Of a stretch of DNA of 64,000 bases, positions 14,115 through 28,704 are shown one piece after another (position 1 is the stretch's first letter; each line of letters begins with the position of its first letter). Origin of the DNA: Octopus vulgaris (Eukaryota); assembly GCA_951406725.2 (NCBI GenBank), contig OX597821.1, positions 3,100,001 through 3,164,000 on the forward strand, read 5' to 3'. The notes under the pieces are model-generated. The model worked only from the letters and a program-made list of their open reading frames with translations. It made no database searches and had not been told where the DNA came from. A program made the position numbers and the translations under genes.

Positions 14115-14256
14115 CTTTTCTGCTATAGGCAAAAGGACTGAAATTCGATCCGAGTGTTTCAATGGTACTTAATTTATCGGTCGCAAAAGGATGAAAAGAA
14201 AGTCAACCTCGGCAGAATTTGAACTCAGGAAGAAGCGACGGGCAAAATGCCGCTAA
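14115..14256 (-). mobile_element. SINE family A fragment
   Basis: tggtacttaatttatcggtc..aaggatgaaa..aagtcaacctcggcagaatttgaactcag. Confidence 0.75.
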
Positions 14257-14269
14257 TTATAATAATAAT

Positions 14270-16930
14270 TGGTGATCAATGTGGGCCCGGTCGTCATCAA
14301 ACGACTATCCACGAAAGCGGATAGAAACCTTAATGCAGCCGTAATTGAGTGCTATTTTCTAACAAGCCCGATAGACGATGAATCACTTCCTATTTGAGAA
14401 TATGTGCAAAATATTCTGAAATCCTCGAGAGAAAGTGACTTGTTCGACATAAATGAACAAAATGTGAATGACAGGCCTAGAGAAATCGAGAAGCATGAAT
14501 GATTATCCCTAGTTGAAATAGAAAGTATTGAGAGGGTGGTTCTTGTGGGCGGTAAGATGACTAGAGAATGGAATTACGATGAAGAGAAAGTAAACAATGA
14601 GTGAATAGTTGTCGAGTAAGAGGGAAACGAAGAGCATGAGGTTGAGGTTAATGTTCAGGAAAATGTTTGAGAGATCCGAGTATCAAAGAAAACATGTTGA
14701 ATGAATGAAAACATTTTGACCTCTGATGAGCAGAGATTTGATGCAAAATTTAAAAACAAAGTATACAAAAATGGTCGGTAAATGGATCAGAAAGCTTAAT
14801 GACACACCTGGTGATATCGGGAAGGACGACATTACAAACACCAACAACATGATAAATGCAATGTCTATCTTTATAGCTTGGATGTTAGCCTTTAAAGCCA
14901 GTGGTAATCAACATCCTAACGAGAAGGGACCATGCTCAAGGGATATAGCTGTCCGTCAATAGGATCAGAAAGTGCATTCCTATCCTAGAAAAGATACGGA
15001 GTGATGAAATTCGGAAAAAAGGCAACGTTGAGTTAGAGAAGAATAATAGGGTATAAAAAATAGAATTAATGGTATGATTGAGAACTTTAAATGAGAGTCC
15101 GAAAGCTAAAAGTTCAAAAACAGAGGTACGGAAACAGAACTGAACAGTACATATTTTTTTATGAATACCAGAAAAGAGTTTATCAGGAACTGAATGGAAA
15201 AGTAAAAGTTGAAAACACTGTACCAGATGCTCATAGCAAGTGATTCTGGCCGAACATATGGTCTTGGAAGAAACAGGGGGGAAATAAGCGGAGTGGTTAC
15301 GGGGAAAGCAGATTATCACCGGGAGAATTTCAGAATTATTGTAGAATAGAGCAAGAAATAATCTGAACGAAAAATCACTTTAGACCAGATAGAGACCAGG
15401 GCTTTTAGTTTAAGAACCTGACGCAAAACAATTGTGAGTGGGATGGACAACATGATGATCTTTGAAGTTCAGGTGCCGGCCTGGATGACAAAAGAGAAAA
15501 CGATATTACGTCAGAAGAAATATGGTAGGAAATTTTCGCTCATTTAAAAACTTTTTTGTTAGCCGCATTTTGGGGAAAACGGTGAGGAGCATTATCTAAT
15601 ATGGCATGTACAAGAACCTAGACAAGGATATGATACGCAATGCGGAAAATAAAGGGTTTAAACGCGAGAGCAGATGGCCTAAGGATCGATTGATAATACG
15701 AGACCATCTTGGTTGACTGCCAGAGGAAACACAAAATTTAGCAGGGTATGGTTAGACTACAGGTAAACCTATAGCATAGTCCCACACACGTAGGTTAAGC
15801 AGATTAACATATCTGAAAGTAGTGTGAAGTTCATACAAGGTTCAGTGGCAACCTGGATGACTAAACTCACAGAATGTAATGAGACGATATTAAAAGAGGA
15901 ATTTTCCCAGTGACAACGTATCACCCAGCCTATTTGTCATCTGCATGATACCTGTACGGAGTATTCTAAGAAACATGTGTGTATGGATGTCCTAAACGAT
16001 TTTAAGAAAATGTGAATGAAATTTACAGTTTAATGTCAACAGTTCTGACGATTACAAAGTGAGTTCAAATCGTAAAACATGGTGTAAACTTACTAAAAGG
16101 AGGACAAGTTAGTAAAAGACATGCCACCAACCGGCAAAGTGGTTAAACCAGAAAGGAATTTGGTGAAGAAGAGTATAAATACCTGAGTGAAATTGAAAGT
16201 GATAATATAAATGAGATCAATATGAAAGAAGCTTTCAGAAAGGGTAGCTGAGGAAGATCCGAATAGTAGTAAATTCTAAGCGAATAAAGGTGCAATAAGA
16301 TCAAAACGATTAACACTTAGGCTGTCTCTTTGATAAAGTATGGGGTAGGAGTAATATTTTGGAAGAAGGAAGAATTACAAAAGATCGGTCATTTACATGT
16401 AAACTAATGAAAAGGAACAGTGCTTGTGTTTAAAAAGGATAAAGGAGGAAACGTATTAATGAGCTGTAAGAGTTGGGTAACAGAAGAGAAGACCGTTGCG
16501 TGGTATGATAAAGCCAGGTAGTAAGGAAGAAATGTTTGAAGCCGTGAAAATGTAGGAAAGTTTAAAAACGAATGATGCAATAAACTCTTTAAGAAATAAC
16601 AGAAAACCAAACTGAGGGAATTTGGCAAAAGAGAATGTGCAGTGAAGTCTTGAAGGATAAAGTTGAAATTGATTAGAATAAGACGTGGCAATAGCTGCAT
16701 TGCCGTGCTCGAGTGCACAACATTAGAACAAATTACACCATGGACCATATTGATAAAATCACTGATTTGGCACAATGCAGAGTGCGTTCGAAACGGGGAG
16801 GAAGCATAAGATACATTGTCAATAAGTCCTGAAATCTTGCACAGGGCGAATTTAAAACGAGACATTAAAAAGTGGACATGTATGTACCCTGGTTGCAGTC
16901 TTATAAAATAAAACTTGAGAGACTCTAATG
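14270..16930 (+). mobile_element. Old, heavily degraded R4/Dong-like LINE (long copy, RT through CCHC region)
   Basis: Broken-frame remnants in the expected order: PAWMTK.KT.L (~15480), WLDYR..YSIVPH (~15750), SPSLFVICMIP (~15920), YKYL (~16175), IN T.AVSLIKYG.G (~16310), KGG..LMSC (~16440). Begins right after a short TAA run. Confidence 0.65.
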
Positions 16931-16950
16931 ATGGTATAAGCACAATCCAG

Positions 16951-17125
16951 AGGCGGCAAGCTAGCAGAAACGTTAGTACGCCGGGCGAAATGCGTAGCCG
17001 TATTTCGTTTGTCATTACGCTCTGAGTTCAAATTCCACCGAGGTTGACTTTGCCTTTCATCCTTTCGGGGTCGATAAATTAAGTACCAGTTATGCACTGA
17101 GGTCTATGTAATCGACTTAATCTGT
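16951..17125 (+). mobile_element. tRNA-type SINE (family A)
   Basis: ggcggcaagctagcagaaacgttag (A-box-like) ... gagttcaaattcc (B-box) ... gaggttgactttgcctttcatcc. Confidence 0.85.
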
Positions 17126-17128
17126 CGA

Positions 17129-17600
17129 TTACATAAATGAAGCACCGAAAACCTTCACGAAGAAGGTTATGGTGACTATTTGGTGGTTTACTGTTGGACT
17201 TATCCAATTTAACTTTTTAAAATCCGTAAAAAGAATTACTGCAGAAACATATGAAATTTCCAAAATGAACAAAAAAGTGCTACTTCTCCATCCCAGACTG
17301 GTCAACAGAAGTGGGCCAATCATTTTCCATCACAATGCTCGACCACACGTTTCACTAATGACGCTCCAGAAGTTGAGGGAAGATGGCTACAAAGTTCTTC
17401 GCCACCCAGCTTATTGCCCCAATCTATCTCCCACCAACTGCCATTTTTTCAGGCACCTTCTTGGTTTCGAACAAGAGAAGGAGATCAAAAATCCACCCGA
17501 TGCTAGTAATGCGTTCAAAGAATTCATCAGGTTCAGGAACCCAGATTTTTATGTTATCGGAATAATCCAACTTGTAGCTCGTTGGCAATCATCAGTAGAA
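17129..17600 (+). mobile_element. mariner transposase catalytic-domain fragment (pseudogene)
   Basis: VMVTIWW..GLI, IIFHHNARPH (xHDNARPH), LRHPAYCPNLSPTNCHFF (YSPDLAPSDF), LVARWQ. Confidence 0.88.
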
Positions 17601-17785
17601 TATAGCAGTAATATATCCGAGAATTTATCCGAAATTGTGTACACTTTCTAATTCATTCCTTCCCGTTCGCACCTGCGGTTGAATAGAGAGCTCACATTTT
17701 AGAGTGGATTGTAGGTATTTGACTGCTAATTCTAGCCCAGTCGCTGGTTATTTCCAGTAGTCCGTAACTATAATTATATTTTTCT

Positions 17786-17844
<59 letters not shown>

Positions 17845-18781
17845 TATATATATATATTTATTTGTTGTTTTGTCTCTAATCTAATATAATATATATATAT
17901 ATATATATACATTTGAAAATTATTCAAGTTAACAGAATAGCAGTGAATGTTGAGAAAAACTATTTCTTGTATTATTACGCACACCACATTTGATTAAAAT
18001 CATTAATGTCAGTGAAATATATTTTCCCCTTTGGAGATGTATTTAGATACACTTTACATCATACGCTCATACGCTCATATTTTAGTATTCGCGCGAAAGT
18101 ATCTGACACAGCTCATTTACATAATGGAATCAGTTTTATAGATCGTCAATGATTATAGCACAAGTTCGGCTTTCTTGTGCATACATACCCGTAATTATAC
18201 AGATATGCACGGGTTGTTTCTATGGAATTAAGTCTTATAAGGATATTTTCTATCGTGGAACGTTACACAGTTTGGGATATTGTATACCTGTAACACTGCT
18301 TCTGCTTGTTTGTTTTCCTATACTAGAAAGACCATGATTGTGGTGACGTGGTATACCGACCCAAATAAACACAAAGCGGGATGATATAGAGTAATGGTTT
18401 CATTTCTTTTATAATTAAGGCCTAAACTATTTATATATGAACTCTAAAGTGATAGTCGTATAACTGTAAACTTTCTTCTGGGGCACCCTGTATGCGTATA
18501 TGCATATATAGCTTAATAAAGCATATGTCAATTTCACTAATCCGACTATACTCATACTGGTAAAGGTTGCAAAACGATCGTAGTTGTAGGGATGTCAATT
18601 GGTGAAATAAAATGTTTTATCCCATACCTCCTCTCTTTCTTCCTTCCCTTATTTCTCTATGTTAGCAGTTTACGTTACAGACAATAGTTTTACCATCACA
18701 TGGCACGTTAGCTGTTGCCGGAGGTCTAGTAGTCCACTGCTATATATGTGGTAATATTTTTTCATAACTTTGAATAACATT

Positions 18782-19168
18782 CATTAATTTCTTTTATTTT
18801 CGCCATGGCTTTTTTTTTTTTTAACAAAATTTCTGCTAATGCTGGAAATAGTTTTTTCAGAAAAATAAAAAGTTCTTTCAGCATAACATTTTATTGTTTA
18901 GAAAGCTCAATGGTAAAAACAGATATGTGATTAGCTTTGTTTTGTCAGTAAAGGTAAAACTTTGATTGGTTATGTCTATAATGACATAAAGGCACACGTT
19001 ATAATTTTGAAAAATTCATTTGATAGGATATACATATTTTCTCTTCCGTTCATTAGACATTCAGGTCAATAACCGATCTATTTTAATCTCTTTGTAATAC
19101 TCCATAGCTTTACAGGAATCTTGCTACGAAAATACAAACAATTTTCCTTGCGAACTTTTATCAAGGAC
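18782..19168 (+). repeat. ~385-bp direct repeat, copy 1 (copy 2 at 21931-22310)
   Basis: Both copies start cattaatttcttttattttcgccatg and share cagcataacattttattgttta, tttgataggatatacatattttctc, cattagacattcaggtc and aatcttgctacgaaaa. Confidence 0.9.
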
Positions 19169-19369
19169 ATATTTTCCCTTTCGTTCATTCCATACGCATG
19201 ACGACATAAGTAACGTCTACATAATAGTAGGATCAAGTGTGTCATAATTAACCAAAGTGTCATTAATGACAACGATGATAATGAAGAGAATGCGAGTGAT
19301 AAGTTGCGGGATACATAGTACCATTTGCGAAAAAAGATCATGTAATTAATGCTGATAATTGGTAATTTT

Positions 19370-20235
19370 GTAGTGCTGCTGGTGGTGGTGGTGGTGGTGG
19401 TGGTGGTGGTGATGATGATGATGATGATGATGAAATTTGTTATGTTGGTGTTAATTGCGGTTGCAATGATAATAGTTGATCATTGAGGATGATTGATGAT
19501 TGAGGATGATTGATTAGAATGACCGTGAACATGACTAGATTATGACGACAACTACGACAGTATCGATGATGATTGTACTGATTTCAATAACTACATTTCT
19601 GCTGCTGCCGCTGCTGCTGCTACGGCTGATGATGGTAAAGAGGGGGAGGCGGTGGGGGAATATGAGATGATGGAGTAGTTGTGGGCGGTGGTGATGGTGG
19701 TGGTGGTGGTGTTCGTGGCACAGTCGTTGGTAATGGTTTGCTTTATGGAAGCTGATGGTAAATGAATGATGATGACAACGACAATGATAACGATGATGAC
19801 GAAGATGAAGGCGATGACTACTATAATGATGTTGATGACGATGATGATAAATCTAACGACGACGTCGGCGATATTGACGAGAACGACAACGACGGCGATG
19901 ATGATGATGATGAAGATGGCAGAGGTGATATTGCGGGATGTTTGTAGTGTTGCCGGCGAAGATTTATGACAACAGTAACGATGAGGATGCATGAAGTGAT
20001 GAGGATGCTGATCGCAATGTTGATGAGATGATGACACTGAAGAAAATGCTGATATGAGCGTAATATTAATTACGGAGTTATTAGTTGCTATTTCTGGTGA
20101 CGTCGCCGCAAAGTTACATAAATTAATGAAAAATAATAAACGTAATATCAACGTTACTGCTATGTTGCAGCTTCCGCTACTACTACTACTACTAATACTA
20201 CTACTACTATTACTACTACTACTATTACTACTACA

Positions 20236-20283
<48 letters not shown>

Positions 20284-20363
20284 GCTACTACCACTACCAC
20301 CATCACAACTACAACTACTAGTAATACAACTACTACTACCACCACCACCACCACCAACACCAA

Positions 20364-20405
<42 letters not shown>

Positions 20406-20545
20406 CACTACTGCTATTATTACTAATATTACTACTACTACTATTATTACTACTACTACTACTAATATTACTATTACTACTATTATTACTACTACTACTA
20501 CTACAACTACTACTATTACTACTACTACTACTACAACTACTACTA

Positions 20546-20590
<45 letters not shown>

Positions 20591-21150
20591 ACACTACTAC
20601 TACAAACATCTGATGATGTATGGCGATGATAATAATAATAAGAACGTTACGGGTAGTAGTTCTGTTGATAATGAAAATAATAATGCTAATATTAATTTGA
20701 AATAAAATAAAGTAGCGGCGGTTTTAAATACCAGTGGAATATTCATGAAGTCACATTTAATTATAAAATGAATATGCAGGGTATTGAATTTAATAAATTT
20801 TCTAGAAATATTTATTTTTAATCAATTTTTAATCGATTTTTTGTACTTTTAGTTTTGTAATAATATCAAGTCTTCAATGAAGTTGATTAACTCCCCCACC
20901 CACCCATCACGGTGGAAGTCATCCTACCTTCAAGTATTTTAACACATTCCATAAATTACAGTGTCAAGCCTTATTTTTGTTTTGTTATTCACAGTTTTGT
21001 GAATTACAACAGTGCCGTCTCCTCCTCTCCCTCTGCAACCCCATCGCTCCCACCACCTGCTGCTCGTAAATCAATTGCTTTTTAGGTTACTCAATATTCA
21101 ACAAACTCATCGATTATATCAGTCCTTTGAGAATATGCTCACGTCATTAC

Positions 21151-21231
<81 letters not shown>

Positions 21232-21587
21232 GATTATTATTGTTACTATTATCATTATTATTATCATTATTATCATTATTATTATTATTATCATTATCAT
21301 TATTATTATTATTATCATCATTATTATATTACGATTGTTGTTGATATTGTTGCTGTTGTCGTTCATACTAATATTTCATCATTGTTTTTTTTTTTTCTTT
21401 TCATCAATGTTGTAATTTTTGTTTACAACTGTTATTCATATTATTTCCTTATTTCATTTTTGAGAATATTATTGCTTTGCTAGCTTATCATTATGATCAC
21501 CATTATTATCATTGCTGTAACTATTCTCCTTTTTATCATTGTTTATTATTTTATTGCTGCCGTTGGTATTATTATTATCATTATCAC

Positions 21588-21628
<41 letters not shown>

Positions 21629-21760
21629 TTTTTATTATTATTATTATTTTTGTTGTTGTTGTTATTATTATTATTATTATTGTTATTTTTGTTGTTATTG
21701 TGTTAGTATTATTATTTATATACTTGTTGATATTTCATACGTTGTTACTTGTTTCTTATC
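19370..21760. repeat. Large compound trinucleotide low-complexity block (GGT/GAT/GAC/CTA/CCA/TTA)
   Basis: Direct reading; source of the poly-L/V/I/Y/D ORFs. Confidence 0.9.
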
Positions 21761-21930
21761 ATAATAATTGTTTCCTTTTCATTTTTGTATGTTTTCATCT
21801 AAGAATATTTAGAGTTTAAATTTTCCATTTCAATTTAATTGAAAATAATGAAAAAAATGTGTTTCATCACATCGCTTATTCATTATATTTATTTAATTAT
21901 TTCATGAATTGTTTTGAATTGTTCGTATAT

Positions 21931-22310
21931 CATTAATTTCTTTTATTTTCGCCATGTCTGTTTTTTCCTAACAACATTTCTGCTAATGTTGGAAATAGTT
22001 TTCTCAGAAATATAATAATTTCTTTCAGCATAACATTTTATTGTTTACAAAGTTCAATGGTAAAAACACATATGTGATAGTTTTTTTTTATAACGGCAAA
22101 TCCTTGATTGATTATGTCTGTAATGACATAACTGCGCACGTGTTAATTTTGAAAATCCATTTGATAGGATATACATATTTTCTCTTTCGTTCATTAGACA
22201 TTCAGGTCATTAACCGATCTCTTTTAATCTCTTCGTAATACTCCATGGCTTTACATGAATCTTGCTACGAAAACACAAATTATTTTCCTTGCCTACTTTA
22301 TATGAAGGAC
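21931..22310 (+). repeat. ~385-bp direct repeat, copy 2
   Basis: Colinear with 18782-19168. Confidence 0.9.
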
Positions 22311-22842
22311 CACCATCATTCAGGTTCAGTGTTGAAGATGGACCTCCAAATGTACAGAGCTGATAAAGTATTTTTTATGAACAATTCATAGGTATCTACC
22401 CATGAAACTCTACACGAGCTTCGACACAGATATTGCCTGTGAGTGTTGATTCAAATAACTGCATACTTAGCCGTAGTGGCTACTGTCAAAAGAGAATAAG
22501 CTAGAAGAGTCACTGCTAGACATTACAACCCACAATATTACTGTTGTGCCAATTCAACCTCCTGGATTATCTCTTGTTGAACGATCACGAAAGAATGAAA
22601 TTTAATGATTAATTTTAGATGGTAGAGAGTGAAAATAAATAACTCTCCAATGATTTTTCTATGTGTTCACTAAGAGGAATTTTTCTGTATTGCGGGAAAC
22701 GGATGTGCTCTTTATGCAGAGTGATTCTCTTCCTCAAAGTTAAACTCGTTTGTCCAATGTACTGATGACTGCAACCCGAGCAGATTATTACATAAATTAG
22801 GTTCTCAGATGCACAGGTGAAATTAGTTTTAATTGTGAAACT

Positions 22843-25800
22843 ATGTCCTTGTTTGAAAAGGAAATCCGAGCATTCAGGGACATATTAAAAGAATTGAAAG
22901 AAATTAACTCAAATTTAGTTATTCTAACTAACAAAATAGATGGACTAAATTACCGTACCCGAGAAGAAACGGAATTGAAACAAAGAAGACAATCTACAGA
23001 ACAGGTTAGTCAAAATTTGAACAAACTATGCACGACATTGCATTCATTTTTGACAAATAAGTTTGAAAAAGAATCATCAACACATTTAATTAAAAGTCGA
23101 GTTAACCAGATTTGGCTAAAATCTCAACACAAGGAAATTTTCTTTCTGTAATATGACAATAATTAACAACACAGCAGAAATTTACGCAAAATGGAATAAC
23201 TGAACACCGTTAATCCTACCACGCAAATTTCAAATTAAACCAATCCCAGAAGAACCAGAACAGCAAAGAAAACTTAGGGAGAAATTAGCATTAGAAAAAT
23301 TAAAAATAGAAATTGAGTTACTCAAACTCAGAGCTTCGAGTAACGAACAAAAATACAAAACGATCGTTGAGGAAATGCACTCCGAACTCACCAAACATGC
23401 TGAGGGACAACTTTTGGAAAGCATTTTAAAAGTATGGAAAAACAGCTGTGAGACGGAAGAAATAAACTCCCTGCAACGATGGGAAACAGTATTAACTACT
23501 TCCTCAATTATGAAGCTCAATTCAAAAGAGACTACACTTCAGATAACCCCTTCATAAAACAATCTAAAACAAATGCATCTACACAAATAAATACACATCC
23601 ACCTAAGATCAAACAATCAAAATCCCAAATAACACAAACACAGTAATGTAACCCAACGCCTAGAAGTAAACCATTCTCTGTCTAATAACAGGAACTCTCA
23701 TTCTATTAGAAACACTTGAAGAAACCAGCCGAGAGTAAGGAGTGATAATTTATTCTACCCAGCATCTAGAAATATACAAGAGACCCCCTTTACCCCTCAA
23801 CGAAGAAACAACATAATTAAACACCCCAAGAATTCACTCCAGCGAAGAAATCCTAACCACGTGCCCCCAACCAGTTTACCCAGGCAACAACACCAACCCC
23901 CCAGCTACCCGAATATAATAAGTACTAATAATACTGATTTAATTAATAACAATAATAACACAAATAATAAATTCTACCAACCGAACTTCAATCAACATTT
24001 TTTAGACCAAGTGGAAAGAAACGGGGACACACGTTGGAACAAAACTTACAGGAGAAACCCAAAGTCATTAACTTATCAAAGAAAACTCTATCCATAACAA
24101 AAATCAATATACTAGCCAAAGGTTGAAAGTTCACCCCAACCCCACGAAGAGCTAACCATAATGAAATTAAAGACAATATTTCGGAATTGTGCAGAAAACT
24201 ACGACTCGCAGAAGCACTAACTGACTACGACAACGAAGATGAATCACTAGCTAAAAACAGAAGTAATTACCTTCCTCATAAGGGTAGGAATAAAACACTG
24301 GATGACTACTGCAACCATATCCAAAATTTCCCCTACACATTCATTAAACGAAAAATTAATCCTAACCTCAACAATCTAGAATGGAAAAATCTGACTGAAC
24401 TAAAAAGACTTGACATTTAAAGAAGGTGACAAAGGAAGTGCTGTAGTTCTGATGGACACAGAACCCTATAAAAAACTAGTACTTTCCATATTAGAAAACG
24501 AGGCCTTCTACGAAAAAATTATAAACTATAAACAACAAAAATCAATGAAAAATCTTGAATCCTTAATTCTTCTACATGGAAAAGGCCTGACAGAAAAAGA
24601 AACAGACTACATCACGAACTTTTTTATGGCCTCCCTAAAATACACAAGAGCAAGATAATCAATGAAGCCTGCAAACAATCACCAGGTAAATATATAAACA
24701 TCTAGACGCCAGAAGACTTGCCTTCAAGACCCATTGTAGCTGGGCCAGCCTGTGAAACCCACCGACTGAGCAATTTTCTAGACATCCTACAGAAACCCTT
24801 CCTGAAATACGTCAAAGGCTTCATTAGGGATTATTTAGACATGTTAGAACCAAAAACGATTAATGTAGAGGCAGTATTGGTCACACTTTATTTCCTATTT
24901 GATGAGACATACTATCGTCAGAAATGCGGAATTGCGATGTGTACGAAAGCAGCTCCTGTTCTTGCGAACCTAATATTGGGTTATTTTGAATTCACCTTAT
25001 ATGAAGTATCACTCCAGAAATATGGTTACCCATTTTACCTCTACATAAGAGAAAATTGGAAGCGATACCTGGATGACTGCTTTATCATCTGGAAGGAGAA
25101 CATCGACAAACTTTTGGATTTCAAATCAACACTAAATAACATAAATAGTAACAGTCAATTCACAATGGAATATAATAAAGAACAATTTCTATTTTTAGAC
25201 ATCATGATAAATTAAAGTTAATGAAATCATAACTGACATTTATTATAAACCAACTGACTCAAACCAATATCTTCTTTTTAACCCATGCCACCCGAAACAC
25301 ATAAAAATAAACATCCCTTTTAACTTAGCAAAAAAGATCTGCACAATAGTGTCTGATAGAACAACTCGAGACCTTCGTCTTCAAGACCTCAAAAACACAC
25401 TTATTGAAAGTCAATATCCACCCTCTCTTATCGACGAGGGAATTAAACGTGCCAAACAATTAGACACAAAAACACTAAGAACAAAAACACAGAGCACCAC
25501 ATCGCAAACAAAAACATTACTTTTTATATCAACACACAACCCCAGAAACAGTGAGGCATTCAACCCGATTGTGCAAACTCCCCCTTTACTAACTAGACAT
25601 CCAGAAATGAACGACATCCTGAAAACACACAAACACATCAAATGCAAAAAACAAGAAAAATCGCTAAAGAGACTACTAACAAATGCGAAGCTTTACAAAA
25701 CAACCACGAAACCAACAGTTGAAAAATGTAGACGCCCGAATTGTGGCACCTGCCCCAACCTGCTTGAAGGCTCGGATTTCTTTTTCACCTTTTCATACAA

Positions 25801-26630
25801 GGACAGAGGTTCACAATTAAAACTAATTTCACATGTGCCTCTGAGAACCTAATTTATGTAATAAACTGCTCGGGTTACAGTCATCAGTACATTCGACAAA
25901 CGAGTTTAACTTTGAGGAAGAGAATCACTCTGCATAAGGAGCAAATCCGTTTCCCGCAATACAGACAAATTCCTCTTAGTGAACACATAGAAAAATGTGC
26001 TGGTAACATCAAACCAAATTTTACAATTTTCCCTTTCTACCAGTGCAAAGACATAATCTCTCAACTAGAACGCTTAAGTAAAGAAACTGTTTTCATTGAA
26101 AAATACAAAACGCGTCTTAATATGCACACATAACTAAAATTTATATTTTTACATATTACTTCACTGTACATAAATCTCCTACTAAACAAGGTCCTTTTTT
26201 TTTAACCTGTCTCCTTTCTGTACACATATTTATTCCCCACCCAAAACCTAAACCGTTATCTCCCTTACACGCAACAATAACAATAATAACAACCAATTAC
26301 CTCCCTTTACATGTCAACTTATAAAATCATTCACTCGTGAATTTCATTACAGGCAGCAAGGACCAAATTTCTTCTTGAGAAGAAATATATATTCATATAA
26401 ATTAAGCATTGTATCATGAATACCGATTGTGAAACCGGTCGATACATTAAAAAAATATTATAACCATGTAAGTGTGCGTATTTTTCTTTTTTTTGTTTTC
26501 TTATATACATTACTCTTCGTTCTTTGTTAGTTAAATAATTTAAATCTTGAATATTATATTTTATATATTTTGTATATTATATTAATTAATTTTATTTCTA
26601 TGTTTTAGTTTATGCTTTTCACTCTTTGAT
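22843..26630 (+). mobile_element. Second Penelope-like element, long copy with N-terminal region, RT and GIY-YIG; multiple frameshifts
   Basis: ILAKG*KFTPTP, KEGDKGSAVVLMD, FYGLPKIHK, RPIVAGPAC, GIAMCTKAAPVLANL, WKRYLDDCF, FLDI, CRRPNCGTC, NLIYVINC..YIRQT, QIPLSEH..KC. Confidence 0.9.
26410..26446 (+). ncRNA. Decayed hammerhead ribozyme motif in PLE 3' region
   Basis: Stem I tgtatc/gataca flanks GAAA-CCGG-TC; the CUGANGA box is mutated (atgaata). Confidence 0.5.
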
Positions 26631-27542
26631 TTGCCTAATAGTGGTTTTATCTCTAATTCAATTTATTTATATATATATATAAAGGGAAGACAAGTGGTGT
26701 ACAAAACAAACCTGCGCTCAGAATCAAGATCACACAAAAACACACAAAAATTACATATTTACATACATACAAGCATAAAGCAGAATATACAAATCAGGAT
26801 ACATATAGATAAAAACAAAATTACCCTGTTGTTGATGTTGGAACTCCAATGATGGAGCTTTGAATCTAGGTTAGAAACCGGCTCTTTCTATATTAGTAAG
26901 AAACCTTGAAATAAAACTGAACAATGACACACATGTCTATATACTTATCTCTCATTTTCCTTTTTGGTAACTATGAAAAGCTACTTATTAAACGTGTACG
27001 TGATATACTCTTAGAAATTTGTATTCAAATGTTGGTAAATCATCTCTAATTTGCAGTCACGCTTCTGTCTCCTCTCTTTTCTTATCTTGAAATAACACTA
27101 CCTTGTTCAGACAGACTGCAATTTGCTTTGCATACGACTGTAGCATTTATAAATTACTGCGTGCAACATACTATGTCATTGCTTGTCTTGTCAATATTAT
27201 TGCTCCTTATTCGCCTCTATTAAATCGCTATTTCTATATTGAGAATAACTCTAACTTTCAGACTTTTTAAAAAATTTGAACGTGTTTCTCTGAATTCATT
27301 CATATTCATTACCAATGTATATTTACGTTTCGTTTTCCTTATAACTTTGTTGATGGTTGACTAGGTGGTAGTTATTGCAGTCATTCACCGTCCTCGTTGT
27401 GTGAAGGATACATTATTTGCATTTTATAAACGTTTTCATTCTATATTCCTGTTTTTTTATTTCCTTTTATTTCCTTTTATTAGAGATGCTTCTGCCTGAC
27501 ATAATTTAATACTTCCAGATATTACAGATGCAAATTTCACAT

Positions 27543-27590
<48 letters not shown>

Positions 27591-27793
27591 CACACATATA
27601 TATACATACATATATATATAAATATATATATATACATAGGTATATATATGTATATATACATATACACACAAATATACAAACGTATAATTATGCATATAAG
27701 TGTGTATACAGATACCCTCATGCGTATATGTGAAAGGGAAAAAAATAAAGTAGAATTATAGTTATAGAAAACAAGTGTATATATACATGTGTA

Positions 27794-27856
<63 letters not shown>

Positions 27857-27894
27857 CATATATATATATGCATATACATGTATATATATATGTA

Positions 27895-27949
<55 letters not shown>

Positions 27950-28543
27950 CCGTCCAAGTTGTTTAAGTTTCTAAATTATGACATCAATAACGGTGTACAT
28001 ATATTTATATTAGAAATTCTAATTCTCATATCTTTAATATAGTTTACTCGTGACATTTCTCTAATTTGAATATTGCTTAACATCGAATTCCTAATTTCTC
28101 AATGTCCTGTCCAGAGGCATTCTACGTAATTTTAATACCATCAAGTATATTATTTCTCTAAATTTTCTTGAATTTGCATACGAAATTCAGTAATATATCA
28201 CACTTATATTTGTTTGGAAATTAAGTATCTTTTATAAAATTGTTTGCGTGTCTGTTTAAAATCGTTCACATGAATATGTACGTGACTGAATATTACGTTA
28301 TGTACATACATACATATACATATATATATATACATACAGAATTATACACACCCGCACGCAAGTATATGTGTACATGCATAAACAGATACATATATAAACA
28401 TATTCATGTGTATATACGCCTTAGTGTAATTGTTTGTATTTATATCATATATATATATATATATTTATATATATACATATGTGTATATATAATTGTATTT
28501 TTGAATATACATATATATATATGCATATATACATACACATATG

Positions 28544-28578
<35 letters not shown>

Positions 28579-28646
28579 ATCTATATATTTATATTTACAT
28601 ACATATATATAAATTCACCCCTCCACACACATATATTTATATATGC

Positions 28647-28695
<49 letters not shown>

Positions 28696-28704
28696 CATAT
28701 ATAG

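Noticed and set aside
16404-17015. 203-aa minus-strand ORF
   Set aside because: Antisense to a SINE and degraded LINE sequence.
16951-17050. tRNA gene suggested by A/B boxes
   Set aside because: No cloverleaf; it continues into the SINE body seen in several copies.
19591-21819. Long poly-L/V/I/Y/D ORFs
   Set aside because: Translations of trinucleotide microsatellites.
22763-22830. CTGATGA near the 5' end of PLE 2 (also 20609, 39646, 61209)
   Set aside because: No convincing stem I/II/III with a correctly placed GAAA and UH.
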